Source: Ascidiella aspersa (lineage: Eukaryota). Taken from it: a stretch of 64,000 nucleotides of DNA. The stretch spans positions 6,882,001-6,946,000 of the forward strand of contig OZ004608.1 of NCBI GenBank assembly GCA_963924565.1, given 5' to 3'. Made by a program: the position numbers and the translations under genes. Below are positions 1 to 13,700 of the stretch, piece by piece (positions within the stretch are counted from its first letter, which is position 1; every line of letters starts with the position of its first letter). Under the pieces are notes generated by a model. The model saw only the letters and a program-made list of their open reading frames with translations. It was not told the origin of the DNA and made no database searches.

Positions 1-3000
1 CCAAACAATGGATTTTACATCGGTTTGAAGCGGATCGCAAGTGGTGGTGAGTTCCGATGGTTGGACGGGACAGCTTTGATGTATAAGTCATGGGGAAAGG
101 ATCAACCTGACAACCACAGCGGGCCCGAAAATTGCGTCACCATGGGTATATCGTGGGGTGTCAGTCTTAAGTGGTATGACATTTCTTGTGGAATATCTGC
201 AGGATACATATGCCAGAAAAATGATGGTGAGTGGACACTTAACCCTGTAAATACTTATTTTATAGGTTTTTAATTTAAACAAAAATGATGCTTTTACAAG
301 GAAAATGGAACAAATATTGCATTGCCATTTAGAAATTTCGCGTAGTTCAATGAAACATTTATTTTTATAGTAACAACAAAAAACAGCGAATCTGTCACTT
401 CATCTACAATACAAATATCTGGACCGTTTACGAGCGTAGAAAAAAATATATCAACTAGGTCATTACTCCACACAACAACCGTTGGTCGGAAGGTGGTGTC
501 CTATGGCTTATTGTCTACTGACAAAGGTAGTATAGACTTTGTAGAAAGAATGCTAACTTAGTCCCAAAATGATCTATACATATAAGTGAGTTTGATGTAG
601 GCCCGAATTGTCTTTTAAACGACCAAAGGAAATATACAACAACCAATTTAAAACGCTGGAAAAACAGGTTTAGCATAAAATCAGTTCACCTATAACTTTT
701 GGTTTGGTTCATTGAAATATCATGCTAATAATGCATTGCAAAATGTTTTTACCTTTATTGATGGTTGATTCTTGCTGTAAGGTTCCTTACCCCTTGCATT
801 TCCAAACACTCCGTAAGCCCTTTCCAAGAAGTGATATTTTTATACTATACATAACCTAAAAACAAGACAGAAGCAAGTAGATAATTCAACATCACCTGAT
901 TAATCGCTTGCAGCACACCATTGTGACTGCAAAAACAAATCATATTTATATCTAGAATTGGGGTATAAGTTTAATAATAATACAGATATAATAGGTATAG
1001 ACTACTGCTTAAATCAAACTTCTACTATCACGTTTTTATATCTTTAAAGCTTTTACGACATCAAACGAGGAAACTTTCCAGGTAACACCTTTCAACATAG
1101 CCATCATAGCTTCCTCGGCAGGTGGTGGTAGTCTGCTCCTGATTATCATCATAGCTGCTGTGTTGGTTTGTCTAAGGTTAGTGGCTAATTTAGGCCCAAC
1201 CATATAAAAATGCGATGCACTGCTTTAATCTATTCCAAAGTCGATAATTTTGTATACATCGTTTTCTAAAAGTTTTATTTAAAAAAGTAAAAGCATAAAG
1301 AATAAACTAAGAACAGAACTTAATTAACCGAAAATCGGTTTGTTTGGATGTTATGTGATAAATATATTTCGCTATAGTAAAAGCATCATCAGTATCTGAA
1401 AATATAACACAATATAAATCAAGATGTACGGTACTAAAACCCCAAACCTATACTGTTCACATATTCGATATCATTGATGTGCAACCAGAATCGTTTATTT
1501 TACCATTTGGATTCAGGCAGATTTTTTTATTCAAAAGAATGTAACAAGGAGGTGAAATTCTGAGGTGAAATTCATCTTTTTTGTTGTTGTTAGAAGGATG
1601 CAAAAATCTAAATCCGCGAAGAATACATCGAGTACAACAGATCCTACAGGTGTAATATGTTTGTACGTTTATAAAATATATCGTAGGCAAAACATGCTAT
1701 GCCCACGTATAATTTAGACAGGCTCGATACTAACTATAAGTATACTCCACAAAAGACGAACAAGAATTTTTCACAGTTCGAATGGCATAATTTGCTAGGT
1801 CTCGTCAAATCCCTTTGTCGCAAACTGTTTTGTCCGTGTAATAATTAGAAAATATATTGTGTTTATTTGCTTGACTTGGCATTTTTCTGGCAGCCCAGCA
1901 TGCTAACGTTGTTAGCGCGGATGAAAACGATGGAACTCACAACACCGAAACATCCAATCTGGCCAAAGTTGATTTTAAAGATGAAACCACTTACGCTAAA
2001 ATAAACGAAACAGAGGATTCAAAATCTGAAGAGGGCGACCATGTTTACTCGAAACTTAACACCAATGTACCATCCTCTTCCGACTTACCACCCCCACCAC
2101 CAATAACAGAATATCAGGACATAAAGCAGGGAGCCGAATATTCCACAATAGAAGCAAATATTAAAGTCGAAGCCGAACCGAGCTACGCAGCTATAGACCA
2201 AACTCATGTGAGCAACGAAGGAGAAACACCGTTGGGCGACCAGTACAGCACCATGTATGATATCGCAAAACTGCCGGAAGAAGTGGTAAAGATTTCTGAC
2301 GTCAACGAATCTCTATACACGTCAATGGCAGGTTAGATGGCATTGTATAGAACTATAGAACAACATGTTTAGTAGTATAATGTACAAATTTTCAATGCAA
2401 TTAAATCGTTACGACTCAAGGAGAACCATCAAGGTTCGGTGAGGCCATAACAACAACAACTTTAATTTAAAGTGAAAAACATCGTCAAAAAGGAGCCTCA
2501 ATATCGCATAGTATAACTTTTAACATGTTTGATAGTATAACCAAATTCTTTTTAAATGAACTACATCCCTAATGACCTTACAAACCATTTAAATTTAAAG
2601 TGAAAATATTTCTGTTAGAAATGTGGCGTTATTAGTTCTGACGATAAGGCTGCAACGACAATGACAACTACTGGGAGCTGTAGGCCCTTACGTCTAAGCT
2701 GATAAATTGATCATTAATATATACTGCTGCAGGTAATCAGAAAGATCGAAAGACTATTCGTGGAAGTTCAACAGCTACCCAGAAGGCTGTTACCGATCAG
2801 CGAACAACATCATCCACTGCTGAATTATTATTGCCTCCACCACCACCGGACTTTTACATAACTGTGCACAAAGGTGGTAACATAAGATTAAATACGTTGT
2901 GTTCGTTATCTTAACCAAATTAAATCACCCTCCTATCCAATATAATAAAATAGGGCCAGTTACGCATACAGTTGTATTTTAAAAGTTATCCTATAACCCA

Positions 3001-3925
3001 CATCAAGTGACTTATTCACGTATTATCAACTTCCACACATATTAATCTTCAATGATAAATTCCGGTAGTAAAACAAATGGTTCGAGCCGTAGATTAATTG
3101 ACAAATACACATAAACCACTATAATATATACAATTTAGCAAAATAATACATTGCTTTTGGCCAGGTTGTTTAAGAGCCAAAGGTTTGTTTTATTAACAAA
3201 ACAATGCAGGTACCTGACGTGTGAGTTTATCAGACATAAATGCTCACGGACATCATGTTGCGGCAGCAAAACCTTGGATCAATCGTGCTCTATTAGTTTT
3301 CCAATATTTGGATATGCAGAAAAAAAGCCTATTTTTCAAACACACCTCAACTACTAACGTTGACAAATTTAGCACGCAGATCAATGAATAGATTTCAGCA
3401 AGGATATTGAGTAGTAAAAGGCTTACGCTCATAACAACAAAGCACTGCAGTAGGACGGAAATTCTCAATATCACTTTATAAGTGATCAAAGCGCGGGGGC
3501 ACCATCTAACGGATACATAAAATAATTGTGTCTTAACCGTTTGCCACCGTATGACATACAATTAGAAACAAATTACTAATACAATACGTTGAGTAGCTAA
3601 TAACTTAATACCTCTTTTTCATACAAACTGCTATACCTTTAAAGAAAAGCAAAAATAAATGGCTCTAAAATATATTTCTATAAAATGTTTTATTTAAAGC
3701 TTCCCAAAAATTCTTCTGTATAGTTGTATCCCCGATTACTGCTAAAACAAGATTAAACTTTAGCACCATTTTAACTGACATATTTATATTTACTTTTTAG
3801 AACCTGAATATGAAAAGGCTTTGATCCTAGAAAAAGAACAGGATGACAAAGAAAAGAAACCATTGGTCACCGTTCAAGAAAAACCGGATTTAGATAGCCT
3901 TTATTCTGTTGTCAACAAAAATTAA
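1..3925 (+). CDS. Gene 1 (5' end outside window): type I TM C-type lectin receptor, QPD/WYD head, long Tyr- and Pro-rich tail
   Basis: Phase-compatible GT-AG exons: <1-226 (PNNGFYIGLKR...WLDG...QPDNHSGPENC...WYDISC...YICQK), 371-526 (S/T stalk), 1050-1176 (TM IAIIASSAGGGSLLLIIIIAAVLVCL), 1594-1649 (RRMQK), 1894-2331 (TTYAKI, HVYSKL, DLPPPPP, YQDI, YSTI, YAAI, YSTM, SLYTSM), 2733-2873 (LLLPPPPPDFYITVHK), 3801-3925 (DSLYSVVNKN*). Confidence 0.88.
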
Positions 3926-5418
3926 CTCGGATATAGTTAAATATCTAACTATTTAAACACCGATCCAAAAATATCAAAACTATTTGAAGACCGATTTTTT
4001 TTGTATGTCGTTGTTTTTTGTAATTCATTTTCGACCAACTATAACATCTGAGCTCTAAAATATAAAATTTTTAAGCAAATTAAGCGATTGCTTCGACCTG
4101 TTTTTAACCTTTCATATTGCTTTGCTGCTCTTACGCATCCTACATGTTTTTGGTGACACTCATTTGATTGACTGCACACCAGTAATTTAATCAGCGGTCT
4201 GACTGAAATAAAGCTTCCTAAAACGTATTAAAGCAGAGCATCGCTGTTCGGTCAAACTGCCATTCCCATATTTTACTAATTTTTCTTATTTTTAGAAGAG
4301 CTCTTTCTTTCAAATTTTTATGTAATAATTACGTTTTCTATGACTTAAGTTACTTGTGAGTGGTATTTTATGGCAGATAATAAATAAGTCGTTATGCACA
4401 CAATTTTTGTAAATATGTTAGGCTTTTTCACTACTATTTATGTGATGTATATTTTATTTTTACAATATTCTTTATTCGTTTACCGTATGTTTATATAACC
4501 TAATAAGTTTGCCTCTTCACAACGATTTTTTACAAAGCATAGATTTGTTTTTTTCACATTAAAATTTCACTGATGCTAATTTTTTTTTGCTGTTTTCAAA
4601 AATTATTCATTAACATCATCTATTAACTTAGAATTTTTACGATCGGTATTTTAGGAACACCATATGTTATATGTTTGCGTCTTTTTTGACATATGGTTTT
4701 ACATGTCAATTTTTCCTACATTATTGTTTAGGAATAATTATGGCTAAACATTCGGCTCTTGTAAACTCGTTTAGGAAAATATATGTGTCTATGTGAAATG
4801 CTTCACGCATTAAGCAGCGTTCCTTCCAGTACGCTATAGAGACATTTGTGCCACGGAAAGATAAAAAACATATGCCTACATTTACCACAATTACTTGTCG
4901 ATTTTCTTACAGTTTGTCATATTGTCTGAACAGTGCGTTAAAGAACGCGTTGTTAACAGCCGGTTTGCCATACATTCTTGCTAGTCCGTCCAGTATTTGC
5001 TTTATTTTAAGTGTTTTTGCAACTTTAAGGGTGTACTATTTTTCGCTTTGTATCCTTTTTGGAAACTCTAACAAAAAAGCGAACTGAATGTATAGTTTGC
5101 ATTTTTATGTATTGCACGCTGCTGCTACAGTTCCAAATTTGCATGACTGGTTGTAAGTTTTGCGTAGTGTGTTCGGCAAAAGCAACTCCAACGCAAACGC
5201 ATTCCTGGTGTTTTTTTGTTTTCAATCGCACAAGCAAACTTTACTGAAAGCTTAATCATTGCATTTCTATAAAAATTACCTAATATAAACGGGCAAATAT
5301 GTAAGGTATTTTAGCACAAAAATACGGTGCATCGCACTAGGTCATGCTAAAATATTTATTTGGTCCTGTATGTTCGAATTCCGTTCCAATAATTACTGTA
5401 GTCTGATTACCTAGCAAC

Positions 5419-5827
5419 CAGGGCTTCGAAGCAGGCGTAAATGTTAAGTTGCTCCGGCTCCAGCTCCGGAGCTCTTTTTATAATAGGTTAATTAGCTCGA
5501 GTTCTGGAGCTGATTGATACCACTACTCCAGCTCCAGCAAAAACTATCCACTGGGGTCTGTCAGAAGTCAGTATCATTGGTTGCAGCTGCGGAGTGCTCG
5601 CTCCGTCTGCTCTCAAATTTCCCAACAGTTTTGTTACTTAGAAAAGGTGGCGTCAAAGAGGCGTCAATTCCTAATTTTGCGGAAGTTGCTCTTAAGTTAT
5701 GTGAATTCAGCCATTATAGTAGTAGCATAGCATCTTATGAAATACATCGTAGCCGGATCTATTTGTTAAATAACTGCTCCAGCTCCATTGAAAATGCACG
5801 GCTCTGTGCTCCGGCTCCAAAGCCCTG
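5419..5827. mobile_element. Non-autonomous hAT-like MITE
   Basis: Imperfect TIRs CAGGGCTTCGAAGC...GCTCCAAAGCCCTG; near-identical 8-bp flanks ctagcaac/ctagcatc; internal GCTCC(G/A) repeats. Confidence 0.8.
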
Positions 5828-6312
5828 CTAGCATCCCTGTACCAGCGTACCGCTGCCTATATAGTTCTTTCTTAATGATTAAACGTAACACGTCCTGCAT
5901 TCTTCCCGGTCTGTATAATCTATTTAAACATTTCATTTAGGAAAAATACAACAACCTTTCGTCATATTAAATGTGTATGATTTGACTATTATTGAAATAA
6001 ATTACATTCGATCATTGTCAGTTATTCACAGCTTTTGTGCTTTGAACACACTTCTTTCTCCAACGCATAGAGTATAGCCTAAATACGCTGTGAGCTAAAC
6101 TAAAAATATATATACGGTATTGTTATTCTACGTAAAGTAGTATGCGCTTCCAGATTCCTTCCTACTCAAAGCCAAACAAAGCCGCACTTAAGCATTCGAT
6201 GTAACCAATCAAGTACGAACTGGCCGAAATAGATATTTAGGCTTGGCAGATTTAATAACGTTCTAACTTTGCAGGGCATGAATTTTGTCTAAATACTATA
6301 CATTATTTCGTA

Positions 6313-8330
6313 ATGCATAATATTCGGCTTGTAGTTCTATTTATTCTACTGTGTGAAGCTTCCAATGTGACGTGGCATAAGTTTGACTACTCAGAATTTT
6401 ATGTCGCCACCAACTCTTCAGCAAACTTCGATGGAGCACTTTTGTCTTGTACAGGCATGGGTGCGACTCTGGCCAAAGTCAACTCTTCAAACATTCAATT
6501 GTTTTCAGCAAGTTTAACAGGTATGTTGGCCTAAATATAATATTGATTAATACTTGACGAGGATTTTCGAAGCACCCTATAAATGTGTTTAGCACCAAGA
6601 AAGGGTCACTTCATTGGACTGAAGGGAGACCCATCACCTACTAACTTTACCTGGTTGGATGGTTCGATATTAACATGGTCTAATTGGAGAGGTGGTGAAC
6701 CGAATAATCTATTGGTGTCTGGAAACGAGGATTGTGTTGTTATGGGAGCTCCATGGGATAGCGGATATAGTTTCCTCTGGAACGACTATCCATGTTACTT
6801 TTCAGTAGCATATATTTGTCAGAGAACCAATGGTAAATACTTGTATGTTGACAGTTTAAGAGCGGTTGTAGAATTTTTTAATTTGTTGCTGTAAGTGCCG
6901 AGGATTTTGAAATGAGGATTTTGTTGTTATGTAAGCTTCTCGGAATTCAACATTTACCAGGATGTTGAGTTAAACAATTTTCCTTGCAATTATGCACTTC
7001 GCTAAATATGCTTGAGTTTGGGAATAGCTATGGGTTGGCAATATGATGTTATTGTGACTAATTCCTTAAAGATATTTGCAAACGCATTAAGAGTTCCCAA
7101 TGGCCAGTTTACAAAATGTAAGAACTACTAATGCCAACCCACTTATTTTGACTATTTAAAATTTAGTGTATATAACGAATATAAATACTGTTTTGTTACA
7201 CTTCACTTGCAGTAAGTGTTAAACCGTGCTTCGAAAACTTTATACGATTTCTATTTAGGTTGATCTAGCATTTTGATAAAATCGTGCTACATTTAGGCTT
7301 AGGAACTCAATCAAACACAACAAATATTTCAACCTCTGGAACCGAAGCAGTAACAAGACTGAGGTTTAAAACAGCAACACCCACAGAAAACAACAAGGAT
7401 GTGACGCAAACACATAAGACAACACTTGGTGTAGTGACAACGACTGTAGGTAAGTTAAACCTAATATTAAGAGTGGAACTTCTGCAATTGACAACAGGCC
7501 ATGTAATATTGCTTATAAAATACCTCTATGAATTCTAGGTGATTGGACCTGCATTTATGCCTCTCTTCGCCTGCCCATGATAGATGTATAGAAAAAAATA
7601 AAATTCAAACTTGTTTTCTTCAAAAATGTCATATTAAGATTCTTATTCGTTTCTGTTAGGTTGTGCCACCAGTAGCCCCCAAACAATCGCGACCAACCAG
7701 CAGGAAAACAGCTCACCAGTAGTCTTAGGAGCATTGGTCGCTTCCATAATTTTCCATTTTCTTATCACTGTCATTGCTATCTACTACAGAAAGTTAGTTT
7801 TGCTATATAAAATGGACTAGTGGTTACGTTCGATAACTGTATAACTTTCACTTCATATTTCCTGCAGAAAATATTCTACCGCAAGTCAATCAGCAAGTGC
7901 ATCATTTATTGGCACAGGTATGACCAAAAATTTAATATATATCCTATATCATAAAAACTTACCTATTGAATACAAATAAGCCAATGCAATGTTTATAGTA
8001 AATGGAAACCGTTACTAATGGACCATGCAGTAAAACTAAATTTAGATTTAATTTTCTGAATATTTTAAAACTTGACGTCTAGAATTGTAGCCATAGAAAT
8101 AGATATCATACAAAAGGCATCTTAAACGTATTTTTATAATCATTACGAAAATGAACTTAAATGTTTGTTTATGTGCTTAATATCTGTTTTATACAGAGCG
8201 TCAGGCGACAGTTCAATATGTCAACGTTCACTTAGCTGTTGGAGAGAAACGACAGAGTCAGGATTGTGCTACAATCAATAACGACCCTCTGCAAAGCGGC
8301 CGCGTTACGTTCCAAAGCGTCACTCAATAA
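6313..8330 (+). CDS. Gene 2: type I TM C-type lectin receptor, EPN/WND head, His in TM, short tail with YVNV
   Basis: Exons 6313-6520 (signal peptide + CTLD N-half), 6593-6832 (FIGL, WLDG, EPN, EDC, WND, YICQR), 7297-7449 (T-rich stalk), 7660-7792 (TM VVLGALVASIIFHFLITVIAIYY), 7868-7917, 8197-8330 (ERQATVQYVNVHL...VTQ*). All GT-AG and in phase. Confidence 0.88.
6911..7011 (+). pseudogene. Decayed CTLD C-terminal fragment in intron 2 of gene 2
   Basis: Reads NEDFVVM*ASRN...NNFPCNYALR*IC, versus NEDCVVMGAPWD...NDYPCYFSVAYIC in the exon just upstream. Confidence 0.55.
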
Positions 8331-9282
8331 AAAAATAAATATAAAATTTCTTCTCCGATAAACAAAACCAAATATTTAAGTTCATTATAGATTTCTGATA
8401 TACTGTTAGTCAAAGTTTTGGTAATTTTTGTTGATCGTTAACACCACGTGTCCTGACTTTTATGTTGAACATACCACGATTTAGAAAATAGAACCGAGAT
8501 TTTAAATTGGGTTTCTTCTTACTACTACTTATATAGTTGTGAATTTTGCTTAAGCCTGAAAACATTGCAAATGAGATAAACATTATTAAATTGATAAGGT
8601 GATTGTCCAATAAACTGATCGGCATTCTTCGATCCGCTATTATAAACCACCTTTTCTTCACAGAAATATTTTTTTCTTATTCTTTAGTCAAACATGTCAA
8701 ACATTTCGCTTGAAACACCAAACCAGTATTTTTCTTGCGTGAAAATTGAGTGATGCATTTTTGTGTTTAAAGTGCATTCTTCGTTAGTCCGTTGAATCGT
8801 TTGGTTACTTTTGGAAGTTGGCAACCATGTTTTTTGTCAACCTTAACTGTGTAAACTTTTTTCGCTTAGTATCCGCTTTTGGAGAGTCTGCTAAGCACAA
8901 AAAGCAACCCGAAAATATAGTTCATGTCACTCTAGCTATAATATGAAACATTTATTACAGTGACACAATTTGCATTGGTATGTATATACGCTTTTGCTCG
9001 AATACAGTTCCAAATTTGCATGACTGGTTGTAAGTTTTGTGTAGTGTGTTCGGCAAAGCAAACGCATTCCTTGTGTTTTTTTGGTTTTAAATCGCACAAG
9101 CAAACGTAACTTAAAGCTTAATCATTGCATTTCTATAATAGATTGATTACCCATACAAATGGGCAAATATGTAAAGGATTTTGGAACAGAAATACGGTGC
9201 CTCGAACTAGGGTCATGCTAAAATGTTTATTTGGTCCAGTATGTTCGAATTCCGTACTAATAAAGTCTGATTACCTAACAAC

Positions 9283-9683
9283 TAGGGCTTCGGAGAAGGC
9301 GTAAATGTTAAATTTCTCTCCAGCTCCAAAGCACTTTTTTATAATAGGTTAGCTCCAGCTCCGCAGCTTATTGATTCCACTCAGCTCCAGCAAAAACCAT
9401 CCACTGGGGTCTGTCAGTATATAGTCAGTATCATCGGTTGCAGCTGCTCTGCTCAGTCTGCTGTCAAATCCCCCAACAACTTGTTAGTTAGAAAGGGTGG
9501 CGCCAAAGAGTCAACAATTCTTAATTTTGTTAAGGGTTGCTGTGAATGTAAATTCAGCCATTGGTAGTAGCATAGCATCTTATGAAATACATCGGAGCCG
9601 AAGCTATTTTTCAAACAACTGCTCCAGCTCCTTCTACAGCTCCATTTAAAATGCACGGCTCTGTGCTCCGGCTACGAACCCTG
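9283..9683. mobile_element. Second copy of the 5419-5827 MITE, co-duplicated with the upstream region of genes 2/3
   Basis: TAGGGCTTCGGAG...GCTACGAACCCTG with flanks ctaacaac/ctagaaac; flanking DNA aligns with ~5100-5890. Confidence 0.75.
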
Positions 9684-10797
9684 CTAGAAACCCTGTACTA
9701 GTGTACCGCTTCCTACATAGTTCTGTTACAATGATCAGACATAACACAAGTATATTTTCTTAAATAATCGCGCTCTTGCTTGTGCATATACGAATCAATA
9801 GGCGTACATCATAATGGTTGTGGTCCTATATAGTCACATAATACACTTTTTGCATAATACAAATCAAGTAATACTCTGTAGTCTATAGCTTGTAAATTAC
9901 CTGATATATAAAACAAAGGTCAATATTTATAGTGACTATATCCCTTTTGCAGTCTTTGTATAGGATCGTGCCTTCGAAACTTTGATTAACTTTCCGCAAA
10001 TATATTTTTTAACTATACCGGTGCCGCTGCATTCAACAGTTTAAAAAACATGGCTTAAAACATATGCCAATTGCAAAGGAATATGGGTAAAGTCAAAAAT
10101 GTCGGGTATACTTTACTCGATAGGTTCCGCCACCACGTTTTAAAGGTCTACAGGTGAGCCAGGAGGAAAAAGTTTACCAAACATTGGAATAAAACATGGA
10201 GCATGGAGTATTTCGACCAGCTTATGGCACGGAATTAATAGCGCTGCTTATACAGCTTATTACTGGATGATTGCAGCGGATAGCTTAATTTCCGTTTCTA
10301 TATACAATACTTATGCTCTGTCATTTGTTAATTTGTTTTGTTTTAATCGAGTTGACGGATTAAGTGGATGATGCCCTGCTTTCCCGATCTGTATAATCTA
10401 TTTCAACATTTCATTTAGCAAAAATACTACAACTTTTTGTCATATTAAATTTGTGTTATTTCACTGACCGTTATTGAAATAAATGGCATTCGATTAGTAT
10501 CAGTTTATCAGTTTTTCACGGCCTTTGTGGTATAAAAACACTTCCTTCTCCAACGCATAGAGTATAGCCTACATACTCTGTGAGCGCAAATCAAATTATT
10601 TACGGCATTGTAGTTCTACGTAAAGTTGTAGGGCGGTTCCACATTTCTTCCTACTCAAAATCAAACAAAGCCTCACTTAAGCATGTGATCTAAGAAATCA
10701 AGCATCCACCTGGGCGAAATAGATATTTAAACTTGGCAGGTTTAATAATGTTCTATCTTTGCAGGCCACGAATTAATTCGAAATACGTTAGTTCGTA

Positions 10798-13700
10798 ATG
10801 CATAATATCTGGCTGGTCGTTCTTTATATTCTACTGTGTGAGGCTTCCACTGTACCTTGGCATAAGTTAGACAACTTAGAATTTTATGTCGCCACCAACT
10901 CGTCAGCAAACTTCGATGGAGCACTTTCGTCTTGTAATAGCTTGGGGGCGACGCTGGCTAAAGTAAATTCTTCAAACATTTAATTATTTTTAGCAGATTT
11001 ATCAGGTATGTAAATATAAATTATTTATAAATATTGACGAGGACTTTTGACGCTTATTTGTGTGTTTAGCTCCAAGCAAGGGCTACTACATCGGTCTAAA
11101 GAGGAACCCATCACCTACTAACTTTTCTTGGTTGGATGGTTCAAAGTTAACTTGGTCGAGTTGGCGAGGCGGTGAACCGAACAATCATGCAACAAGTGGA
11201 AACGAGGATTGTGTGGTTATAGGAGCTCCTTGGGATAATAAAACTGGCTTTCTCTGGAACGATTACCCTTGCGGCTTTTCAATAGGATACATTTGTCAGA
11301 GAACCATCGGTAAATACTTGCATGTTGACAGTTCAAGAGCGGTTAAGATTTATGTTTAGTAAGTTGTTGACCATAAATTTATTTAAAAAACAATCGATTT
11401 TTTTTTATAACGCTTTATACAAATAATTCAGTTCCCCGTATGTTTACGTCTATCAACTTTATAGTACCGTAAATAAAAATCGTGCATAGAACAACTTATT
11501 TGGTTATGATAAATTTTGCTTAGGGTATTTTTGGTTTGATAAAGAAAGTGTCTTTGCAGTAAAACTATTTGTAACAAAAGCATTTCTGGCTAATACAAAT
11601 ACTATATTTATTTTCAGCTACCAACGAAACGGCTCCAATCGATTCACAAACATCGGTTATATTGGGAGCAACATTAAGCTGTATTATTATTGTGCTTCTT
11701 ATAATTTCAGCTGTCTTATTCTATAAGAGCTGGGTGTATGGTAAACAGCAGGCTTGGAAAGCTTGGTATCTTACGTACGATCATGTTGTAATATTCCAGG
11801 AAGCAGAATAAGCAGGCTTCAGACCGCCAACGTAATGAACCGACAGGTTGGTATGTTTGTTTATACGTTGAAAAAATAACACTACTCAGTTACAATATAA
11901 CTGTTAATTACAATAAACGCCAATTGCCTGCTTACATAAAAGCGTTTAGGTCCATGTTACGTGCATCACATAAAACACCTCAATTAAGTAATTGCCAAAA
12001 GCCAAATCTTGGAGTTCGTATTATCTTTAAGTTATATACATTATACTTTTGTAAAAACATTAAGTTAAAAATGTTTGGGTTGCTCATAAAATGACGTCCA
12101 GTTTACAAGACGAGCGAAAACTTTTAAATTTGAATTAAGAGAATGTTTTAAAGTTGCAGAAGGAAAACAGCTCTTAATTAATAAAGCTTGATAGCGTTAC
12201 TTAAAAGCACAATTTGGAGATGCTTGTCGCATAAAAACTACAATGCGTATTTTGTCGAATTTGTGATTTAGCGGCCATATAAATCGCATCTGCAATATGC
12301 TGCAAAATAGGTTAGGTTTACGATTAGTGCTGACATTTATTTTGACTCATGTAGAAGCAACAACTGACAACGCCCAAACAGCAAACCAGGAAGAAGAAAG
12401 GCGGCCACCAAGTGTGGAATACTCAACCTTAGCCGAAGCCCGACAGGATTTTTCTCAAAGTGTAACTTTAGAAGGCGAGAACGTCTATTCCCGACTCCAA
12501 CGTGAAGCCCCTCCTTCCAAATCAACTAATCTTACAGAATATCATCCAAATACTAATCCTCAACTTCCCGCTGAACTACACAACGCCTATTACGTCACAG
12601 ACGGAGGTATGACTATTTACTAGTGAATTCCAGACTATAAGTTGTTGTAGGCTGGACTTGCTGTACTACAAACCTGATTGATTATGCCAACTGATTAAGG
12701 TTGTAGCCTTTAGAAAAGCACTTAGTATATCGTGTCATTTTTTGTGAAATTAAAGGGTATTGCTGGATGCTCAAACCAGCGATAATTGAAAATTAATTCA
12801 ACGTCATTTGAATTAAAATTCTAGTTCCGACATTCAACAATTGTGTTCAAGGGTTTTTTGTTCATATAAATTAGTTATAAGGCAATTTAAATCCCTTGAT
12901 TATCTTTTATTGTGGTACAGTACAAACATCCGAATTCTCCGGTTCAAAGGCTGAACCCTTGACGAATTCAAGCAATATTCCCGGAAAACCGCCAGTGCAC
13001 GAAGTAACAGAGCAATGTGCTTCGCACGAAGTTTACGCGGCTGTCAGAAAAGGTTAGGAAATTCACTAAATTTCGAGAAGTTAGCGAGTTCAAAAACTAC
13101 AAACAGCAACCCAGGGTTGGCAGATTGCCAATTAACGGCCAAAACCGAGATTTTTTTTAGAATGCGCTTGGCCGAAGATATTTCTCTTGCCCTTTTGTCC
13201 GCTTTTTTCCTTTAATAGGCAAATTAACATTATAATATTTTGTTTATTAGTTTTTGCTAAAAGTCTGTGCGCTGGATAGTCGAAGCAATTACAAGGAATT
13301 TAATTCTCTAAAGTGAATGTTAAATGATGTTTGTGGACTTTAAGGCCGTATCTTGCACTTAAGCAGGTATGAGAACTTGTATTGTTGTTACAGTGGGAAA
13401 TCGCAACAATTAGATGTTTATAATATGGCTGAAAAATATTCACATTTGTAAATTTTAGTATTTATTAACGTTTGTCGCCTTAAGTGTGAGTGATGAATAC
13501 CTGAAACCAATTCGAGGGTGAGAGTTTCAGATCTCTGAAGTCTAATGTAAAACTTCGCGCGCCAAGCTCTGCGAGGTTACTAAAATAGCACATGTTATAC
13601 TGTATATCAGGAGCAGTTCTAATCTTTGAAGCATTTTTTAACTGCCAAGCAAAACTCTAAATACAACCCCTCTCAAAGTGTATTGGGCTTTAACAAATAA

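Noticed and set aside
2110-2200. Canonical ITAM in gene 1 (YQDI...YSTI) or in genes 4-8
   Set aside because: Spacers are 5, 11, 15 or more than 20 residues rather than the usual 6-8. Reported only as isolated YxxL/I or hemITAM-like sites.
5514-5831. 105-aa ORF inside the MITE as a transposase
   Set aside because: Too short, no DDE or BED features, and not preserved in the second copy.
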